A DNA stretch of 55,486 nucleotides, filler included, from Sphacelaria rigidula (lineage: Eukaryota): the NCBI GenBank assembly GCA_964200075.2. It is 4 parts of 4 records of this genome, joined end to end, with 100 filler letters (N's around TTAATTAATTAA, not from the genome) between each part and the next. Parts side by side here need not be neighbours in the genome. Positions count along the whole stretch, not along the records: positions 41,694 to 55,486 come from CAXNAA020002663.1; 3 more parts are not named here. One strand, written 5' to 3'. The position numbers and the translations under genes were made by a program. This document shows positions 47,556-55,486 of the stretch, piece after piece (the stretch's first letter is position 1; every line of letters starts with the position of its first letter). Below the pieces are notes generated by a model. It worked only from the letters and a program-made list of their open reading frames with translations, was not told the origin of the DNA and searched no databases.

Positions 47556-48412
47556 TAGGGTCTGGCCTGATGCTTCGAGAGTTCTACTGTTCAAGCAACT
47601 GCGACATTATGGAACAAGCATTTTACGTACAACCATCAGTGAAGTCAATCCCTGAAGTCGACGGGACGAGAATGACGTTCCGCGAATGGCGCTCAAAGGT
47701 TTGGGTCGTAATCAAATGTCCGAGTAAGCTCCTTTTCGATACTTCGGAGGGGAAAAAATACCCAGAGCCAGCAGAAGGGCAGCGGCTGAGCGACACCGCA
47801 GGATCGCCTGCACCAATTGCGCAAGCCATCGAAAAATGGCAGCGCGAGAATCAAGACCTCCTTTCCATTCTATATCTCGCCACCACCGGATCAGCGAACA
47901 AGCTCGTGCGACAGTACGGGGCCGGAGGCAGGGAGAGAGACTCGGCGATGGCATAGCTACCTGGAAAGCCCTTGCGGGCAAGTACGACTGCTATACAAAT
48001 AGACGCGACGAGCTTGCTACGACGAGCTGTGCAACACGAAGGTGCAGCAAAGGCAGGATCCGGAGGAATTCTTCTACAAAATGGACGACCTTCGGACCCG
48101 ACAGCATGGTGACCTGAGAGAGGTGGTCTCTGATGAGTGGTATGAGGACATTATTCTACACTGTATCACCAACGACTACGACTTTGTGCGACTGACCAGC
48201 TTCCACGACCGCAACCGCGGGTTGGAGGAGATCAAGTCCACAATGGAGCACATGTTCATCGACAACCTATCTCGCGTGTCTACAAAGTCCGTTGCGGGCC
48301 GCGGCGTGGCCATACAGGCGAATCACGGCGACCTCAGCGGAATCCGGTGCTTCAACTGCGACAAATACGGGCACCGTCGCAGCGCATGCCCTGAAACTCT
48401 GAGGCAGATACC

Positions 48413-48669
48413 TGTGACAAAAATACGCCGCTACGTTAAGTTGGTAGTGATGATCTGGATCATGACTGGGGGCACGGAGATTCTGGAGGGTTCTGGATAA
48501 TGACCGGGGACACAGAGATGGTATCTGAAGGTCTAGAAAGCTGGTGCCCTGGAAGGTCACTCCGATAATATGAGATGTTGTAAAGGCTGTCAACTGAAAC
48601 TGAGACCAGTAAGACTGTGGAGTCCCTCAACAGCAGTGATCCAGCAGTCTTCCACTGGCTGGCGCCACA
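48413..48669 (+). repeat. Gypsy 5' LTR
   Basis: TGTGAC...GCCACA; 10 substitutions relative to the 3' LTR. Confidence 0.95.
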
Positions 48670-51600
48670 ATATCGATGTTAGTGCTAGTGGTAGTGCTAG
48701 AAACCTGGTGGAAAGGATTTCGGTACGAGTCTAGTAGCTGTGGAAACCTGATAAACCACGGACGCGTGGAGATAGTTCCAGCTGAGGTAGCTGCAGAAAG
48801 GCGGCTGACCTGTGATTGATCCAGACTGCAGACTTGCCGAAGCTGCGTGCAGCGGGAGTTTGGAGGCTCCTACGACTGTGTGGTGCGGCGACGAAGCAAG
48901 GAAAGTGTGCAATTCGCGAAAGTCCGCTGGCCTGTGAAAGTTCGCAGGTGGCCGGTTGCAGCTAAGGCGACCGGTTCGCGAAATACGTCCAGCGTGACGC
49001 CCGTGGTCATGCGGGGAGAGTTTCGACCTCCCCAATACGGGGATAGGTACTCAGAGAGTGCATCTCGCACTTTTTACACGAGGTATTTGGAATACAAGAA
49101 GCGTGTGCAGCACGCTAATGTAGGGGGTGCTGTGCAGCATCAGGTGGTGACAATGGCTCAACAGGTGCCAACTCATGTGCAGAGAGTGTTCGCTCGTTTG
49201 GAACGTAATGAGAGCACTATCACCCCACCGCATTTGGTTACGGCGATCAAAAAGCATGCTGGGCATGCGGCGGACGCCGAGGTAGATCTGACCCAAGCGT
49301 CCGCAGCCGTGACGAAAATTGTCGCCATGGATTCTGGGGGGAAAACGATGTTGGAGCGGGTGGAGCCCATCCCGGCCAATTTGGAGAAGTACTTCACGGA
49401 AAATCCGAACGTGGAACAAGTGTATCGTTCCCCCGATGGTGGGTTCATTCCCGGTCCGGCTGCAGTAATCACTAAGGCTTTGGAGGAGGGGTTGGCACCG
49501 GGAAAATTCAAGCAGGCCGTGCTTATCAAGCTCCAGCACCAAACAGACTGGAAGGCTGACCCATACGTGATGATGAGCACCGTCGTGACCGAGGCCAAGG
49601 AGTGGCGGAAAATAGAGGTGTTCGGCCACACTCGTCCACCTCTTCGCCGAAATCTTTGCGCAACCATGGCTCGAAATCGGCCGGTCGCGCCGCGAGTATT
49701 ACTTGCCACCGATGTGGCCAGGTCGGCCATTACGCGCGCGATTGCCCAACGTCTTCCGGTGGAGAGTCTGGGCAATCTCATGCCGCGCGCCATCAGCATC
49801 GTCAACACAATGGCAAAAGACGAGGTAACCGTGGTGGCGGCGGCGGATCCTCCGGCGATGGAGGGTCGCAGGCGAGCCCTCAGCAGCAGCGCAGCAGCAG
49901 CAGAATCAGCAGCAGCAGGGGCAGCGGCGTCAGCATGGGCCTGGTTCTGGGTCTGGCGCCGCCGTAGGTGCTGCTGCTCCGCAACGAACGGTGCAGGTGG
50001 GCCCGACTTCTACAGAGTCGAACATTGCGCCGGCGCCAATGGTGGCGCCGGCGGCGACACCGGCAGCAGCGACAGGCGCGACGCCTGTTGATGCGTTAGT
50101 CGGAGGTTCGCCGAATTCTTGGTTTGCTGACTGGGGGGCGTACCCACCGGCGGTGCCGTTTGAACCTGCCGGGGCGTCTTCGCCTTCGCAGCTTGAGCAG
50201 CCGTGGCGTCAAGCGGGATTAGCGGCGCATCGGTCGGCGGAAGAAGTTCCCGTGGAGCTTGCCGACAGATACATTCCGGCGGAGTTATGTCTTCCGAATC
50301 GACGGCAGCGTGGAGCCATTGTGGTTCGGGCTGTGTTGGATTCGGGCGCCCATTTCACTAGTCTGCCGGTGCAGATGGTTGAGATGCTGGAGCGTCAACT
50401 CCCGGGTGTGCCGCTGCGCATCCCGTCTTCGTTCGGGGCACGGCAGGCAGTCACCGCATCGGGTCAGCATGTTGCCGTCACGGAGCGTACTGTTCCGTTG
50501 CAGCTAACTTTCAAGACTGCTTGGGGGCTGACGCCGTTGCCTCCGATCTCGTTTGCGATTATGCCAGGGTCGGATGGCGTTGTTCTTCTGGGGCTGCCGA
50601 CGCTACAGGATCTTGGAGTCGGCGCGTATGAGCGGTTGAAGGACTGCATCAAGACCCGGATATCTCCCCCTGGTCCGCACGTGAAGACGCCCGCCTTTTT
50701 GCGCAGTCGTTGCGTGAGCTTGTCGGTGGATGCTTTTCAGAAGACTGGGGGGCAGGTGACCGAGAGCGGGATGCGGCAATGGAACGCTTAGTAGAGCGTG
50801 GCCCGGACATAATCATGAACCCGGTGGAAGAGGAGTCCGCTCGGGAGGTCGCGCTGGAGGAGAGCGTGACGGATGCTGTGCCAAAAGGCCTCAGCGTCCC
50901 CAAAGCGGAACGCCTGCGCGGCATCTTGCATCGCCGTGTCAACGCGTTTCGTCGTGCGCTGCGGGGTGATTCCCCTGCGCGTGTGGTGCCCATGCGTGTT
51001 CAGCTGAAACCTGGGGCATCCGCGGTGGAGGCGAAGCCGCGGCGGTACGATCCGGTGAAGTCGAGCTGGTTGGCGTCGTGCATGGCGGCTCATTTGGCGC
51101 TTGGGTTGGTAGTCCGGAACCTGCTGGAGGTATGGTCCAGTCCGGCGACGACGGTTCCCAAGAAAAACTCGTTTCGCCTGGTAAGCGACCACAAGGCCGT
51201 AAATGATCAGGTTGAGAAGTCGCCGGGTGTGCTGCCCAATCAAGAGTTCGTGATCTCTTGAGTGCTCGTTTTTTGGCAAGTTGGACCTCCTCCAAGGCTA
51301 TTGGCAGATGCCGTTGGCGGGGGAGGCGCAGGAGATTTTCACAATCACGACCCCGTTAGGCTTCTTCACCCCGAAGCGAGTGCCGCAAGGCGTGTTGAAT
51401 GCCACGGCATATTTTCAAGGTATCATGACAGAACTGCTTGTCGGTTTGAAATGCAAGATATAGGTGGATGTTGTGTTTTTTTCGCGGACACGGAAGACGA
51501 AGTTTTAGACACGCGCTTGATGCTATCTTGGCCCGTTTAGAGAATGGTGGTTTGTTTGCGGCGGCGCACAAATGCACTTTCTTCGCTAGTGAATTCGTAT

Positions 51601-54055
51601 GGTGTGGGAAAGTGTACTCACACGGACGCGTATCTCATGACCCTGTCAGACTGCATGGCTTGCCTGACATGCAGCACCCGGAGACGGCCGCAGAACTCAT
51701 GCAATTCCTGCAGGCTGGAATTGGCTGCGTACCCCGTTGCCGCGTACGGCAGAAACAGTAGCTCCCTCGCGTTTTTTCCTCGAAAACCTTATGGCGGATG
51801 CTGCGAGGCGGACCAAGCGTGTTGCAAGAAACCGCGCTATTCCGCCTGCATCGTGGACAGAGGGCAGGTTGCAGGCGTGGGTGGCAGCGAAGGATCTAGT
51901 AGCTCACGCCGTGACACTGCTCCATCCTCGTCCTGATCGTCAGGTGCTCATGTTTCCGGATGTATCTGAGTGTCATTGGGGTAGTTTCGTTACGCAGATG
52001 CCTAAAGCGGAAATGCAAAGACGCCCGCCGGTTGAGGATATCACGCATGAACCGCTGGCGTTCCTCAGTGGTAATTTCAAGGGTTCGCAATTGCGTTGGG
52101 CCACAATTGATAAGGAAGGCTTCTCTATCGTAAGCACTTTTCGTCGTTTGGAGCATCTTTTGTGGAATGGCGTACACATTTTCACGGATCACCGAAATCT
52201 CGTGTATATTTTCAACTCGGAAGCGTGCGTTACGTCTATGTCGAAAGCATTGGCAAAACGTTTGGAGGGCTGGAAAGCTGTTCTTGGCCAGTACCGTTAC
52301 TCGATTTTCCATATTTCGGGTGTCCGTAACGCGTGGGGTGACTTGCTTTCGCGTTGGGTGAGTATTCCTGCTTTGCCTGTGCGCGCTGTGGCTGTGTATG
52401 GTGCGTGTGAACCTGATGACTCGATACCGTTCAAATTTGTTGTCTGCCAAGCGCAACGAAAAGACCTTGGGGCCGAAGATGCAGATGTGCAATCTTTCGA
52501 GTCGGACGTTGGTACTGCTATCTTGGACAATGAAGGTCTGTTTCGTGTGCATATGCGTGGTCGAAACGTTTTGTGGATTCCGAGCTCTGACAAGCAGTTG
52601 CAGGTGCGTCTGATAATTTGCGCGCACATGCGCGACGCCGGGCATCGTGGTTTGGCTGCGACGCTCGTGCACAAGTGCAAGAGTCTTGTGTCTGGCAGGG
52701 CATAGATACTCATGTGCCCGAATTTATCCGCCAGTGTCTTCGCTGTGCTGACTCGAGGGCGGGCGATGTTGTCCCCCGCCCGCTCGGCGAAACGGCCCAT
52801 GGGACCATGCCGAATGAAGTCGTTCATTTTGACCTATTGTACGTGGGCGAGAGTGGCCGCTAGCATCCCAAGGTTTGTCGGAGGATACTGGGTTTCAATG
52901 CATTTTGGTGATCATGGATGATGTGAGCAACTGTGTGTCTCCGGCACTAACAGCGGTGTGTACAGCTGAATCGACTGCCGCATCTTTGCTAAATTGGTGC
53001 AAAACTTTGGGAGTGCCGCGTGCGTGGGTGAGCGATACCGCCACGCATTTCAAGAATGCGATCTTGGCCCGATTGCGAAAGGCTTCGCGCGTTGATCACC
53101 ACTTTGCGGTGGCGTATTCTCCGTGGTCTAACGGCACGTGCGAACGCATAGTCAAGGAAGTAGTTCGTGCTCTTCGCTCTATTTTTCTCGAGCAGCGTAG
53201 AGCGGTCTCCGTGTGGGTGGACGTGTTGCCGGCGGTGCAATGGGCGCTCAATACAGCGTATCGTCGTCATTACGATAGTACACCGTACCACGTGATGTTC
53301 GGTCGTGCCCCTCGGACGTCTTTCGTGGTGTTGGCGTCTTCGTCGGCGGGGAAATGGAAGTGTGATGTTTTGGGCGATGGTCAAATCAAGCGTGCATTGC
53401 AAGGAGTCTGGACTCGCAAGAACGTTTCCACGTTCAAGTGCAGGAACGTGTTGCTGCTGAACGTGCGCGTAGACGTGAGGGGTCCTCGTCGGGGCTGGAA
53501 TTGCCGAGTTTTGAGGTAGGCGACTATGTCTTGTATGCACGCGTGCGTCATTCAGGTGTTACGCCCAAGTTGATATACGACGTGGACTGGTCCATGGAGA
53601 GTGGTTGATGTTCACCACCCGCACGTGCTTGAGATTCAGAATATTGTCTCGGGTCGTGTTCAGACCGCTCGTGTAGCTTGTTTGCATTTTAATGCAGACT
53701 CGCAGCTTAATGTTACGGCTGACGTTAAGGACGTGTGCCAGCGTGCTTTCAATCAGGGGCAATTTCAGATGGCTGGTATTGTCAGAGTGGAAGAAATAGA
53801 TGATCATTCGTTGATCGTGATGGTTGACTGGGTTGGTCTCGAAGGTGAGGAGCGTACGTGGGAGCCTTTCGAGGATATTTTTGAGGCCGCTCCGGAATTT
53901 CTTATGAAGGAGTTGCGTCAATTGCGCGAGACTGGTGCCGTTGCTGCTCGCATTACGAGTGAGTTTGGTATTCAGTTGTGACCTACTCATCGTTTTGGCG
54001 TTTCCTATGTGTCAAGCTTGTTGATCGGTCCTCGCCCAACGCGCTTTGGGGGTGC

Positions 54056-54312
54056 TGTGACGAAAATACGCCGTTACGTTGAGTTGGTAGTGATGATCTG
54101 GATCATGACTGGGGGCACGGAGATTCTGGAGGGTTCTGGATAATGACTGGGGACACGGAGATGGTATCTGAAGGTCTAGAAAGCTGATGCCCTGGAAGGT
54201 CACTCCGATAATATGAGATGTTGTAAAAGCTGACAACTGAAACTGAGGCCAGTAAGACTGTGGAGTCCCTCAACAGCAGTGATCCAGCAGTCTTCCACTG
54301 GCTGGCGTCACA
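54056..54312 (+). repeat. Gypsy 3' LTR
   Basis: TGTGAC...GTCACA, preceded by TTTGGGGGTGC. Confidence 0.95.
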
Positions 54313-55095
54313 GACCGCAGGGGCACCAACAATAGTAGAGGCAGAAGCAGAAGCACTGGAAGAAAGGAGTAGACAGACAATTCAAGTGGTGCTCTCTACA
54401 CAAGACAAAGAGTCACAGCGACGAGCAGTGCGTCAAGCAGAAGGCTACGGAGAGGGAAAAGCGGCAGAATTAATTTTGCTAACATCGGCAGCGCGCGGGT
54501 TGTCCAGACAGCAAAGCCCGAACAGCCAACGTTTGGGTTCTCATACACATATGTCGGGACTACGTTCGCGACAGTGCTGGACGAGTCCAAGAACCCAACG
54601 GAGCCCGACAAATCTGCCCTGATTCTTGGACCATCGCCGGGTGAAAAGCTTGAGGAACGGACTGCGGATACTCTGGGGTTATTCGGGGCTTTGGGGGAAG
54701 TTCCGGATGGAGAGTCATACGTAGCGACGCCAACGACTTTGAGGTCGATAGAGCACAATGGAGACAGCATCAAAGGCACATCCCTGGTTATGCCGGTGGA
54801 TAGCGGTGCGTCAGAACATTACCTTGACAGCGAGCTCGCCCCCGGAATTCAATTCCGGATGACGAACTACGCGGAGCTGAAGCAGCCTCATAGTATTGTT
54901 ATCGCTGGAAAACACGTCGTGGAAGGTGTTGTGACGGGCACCACTCCCGGTACCGTCACCAACCGAAACGGAATGAAGCACAGGGTTGCACTCTCGGTCA
55001 TCATCGTGCCTGGTCTGGGATGGCATCTTTTTTCTGTAGCTTCGATACACCCAATTCTATTGATAAGAGTGTGGTCAAGATGATGTTATGATGCT

Positions 55096-55434
55096 GGGCA
55101 ATGCTACGGTAGGGGTGCACTTTTTGCGCGAAACCTCGTCTGGTTTAGAGGCTCCTAACGATTTTAGATGCACAAGAACATTGATTCGGACATCCCCGTC
55201 TGCAAGTTCGATTTGATTGCACGAAAAAAGAGGCTAATAAGTGTGTCAGACGACCTGCCACACTCGCGGTGCGCTTGTTTTTGGTCAAACGATGTCTATC
55301 GGTATGAATGAGCATTATTTATCTATATCAAGATCGTTCGAGCAACCGCTGCTACTTTCAACGACGAAATGAACTCGGAATTTCGTGCAAGAAATGGCCC
55401 AAAATACCCCCCCCCTCCCCTATCGTAGGATTTC
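55096..55434. mobile_element. Sola2-like MITE family copy
   Basis: Left end GGGCAATGCTACGGTAGGGGTGCAC, internal GGCTCCTAACGATT, right end CCCCTATCGTAGGA. Confidence 0.7.
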
Positions 55435-55486
55435 AGGAACACCAGAAGGACTACAGACACAGATAGACAACGCGCTAGAATACACT

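Larger units (their letters stand above)
48413..54312 (+). mobile_element. Full-length Ty3/Gypsy LTR retrotransposon with chromodomain (5.9 kb), degenerate
   Basis: 257-bp LTRs. gag knuckle CHRCGQVGHYARDC, PR VLDSGAHF, RT DLLQGYWQMPL and PQGVLNA, RNase H DKEGFSIV and FTDHRNL, INT H..AGH...C..C, SDTATHF and SNGTCER, chromodomain VDWVGLEGEERTWEP. Flanks TACC/GACC. Confidence 0.96.
47609..55045 (+). mobile_element. Ty1/Copia element split by a Gypsy insertion (gag 47609-48412; gag end and protease 54313-55045)
   Basis: gag LLSILYLATTGSA...WKALAGKYD...CFNCDKYGHRRSAC resumes after the Gypsy with KWCSLHKTKSHSDEQC and VDSGASEHY...VPGLGWHLFSV. Colinear with the contig-2 Copia. Confidence 0.88.

Overview
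This window is not one locus. It is four unrelated eukaryotic contigs (1-13800, 13901-27697, 27798-41593, 41694-55486; lengths 13800/13797/13796/13793, i.e. size-sorted) joined by artificial 100-nt spacers (N44-TTAATTAATTAA-N44). The content points to a stramenopile, most likely a brown alga (inference): GT-AG introns, short exons, long TE-filled introns and an EsV-1-7 repeat pseudogene. Two partial host genes can be spliced by hand. One is a six-exon RibD-type pyrimidine reductase (RibD_C) gene on contig 1 (minus strand). The other is three exons of a RhoGAP gene on contig 3 (minus strand). Most of the rest is decayed mobile DNA: several Ty1/Copia elements; a full-length chromodomain-bearing Ty3/Gypsy element nested in a Copia gag; a LINE 3' end with a poly(C) tail; a tRNA-headed SINE; a (CAAT)n-tailed retroposon; and several MITE or foldback families. 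The most unusual structures are a four-level nest of one MITE family with readable 4-bp TSDs, a ~3.9-kb head-to-head inverted duplication carrying Copia gag-pol, and a miRNA-like hairpin. I found no evidence for a novel multi-gene system, CRISPR array or prokaryotic operon. Most ORFs in the supplied track are spurious. All alignments were done by eye.
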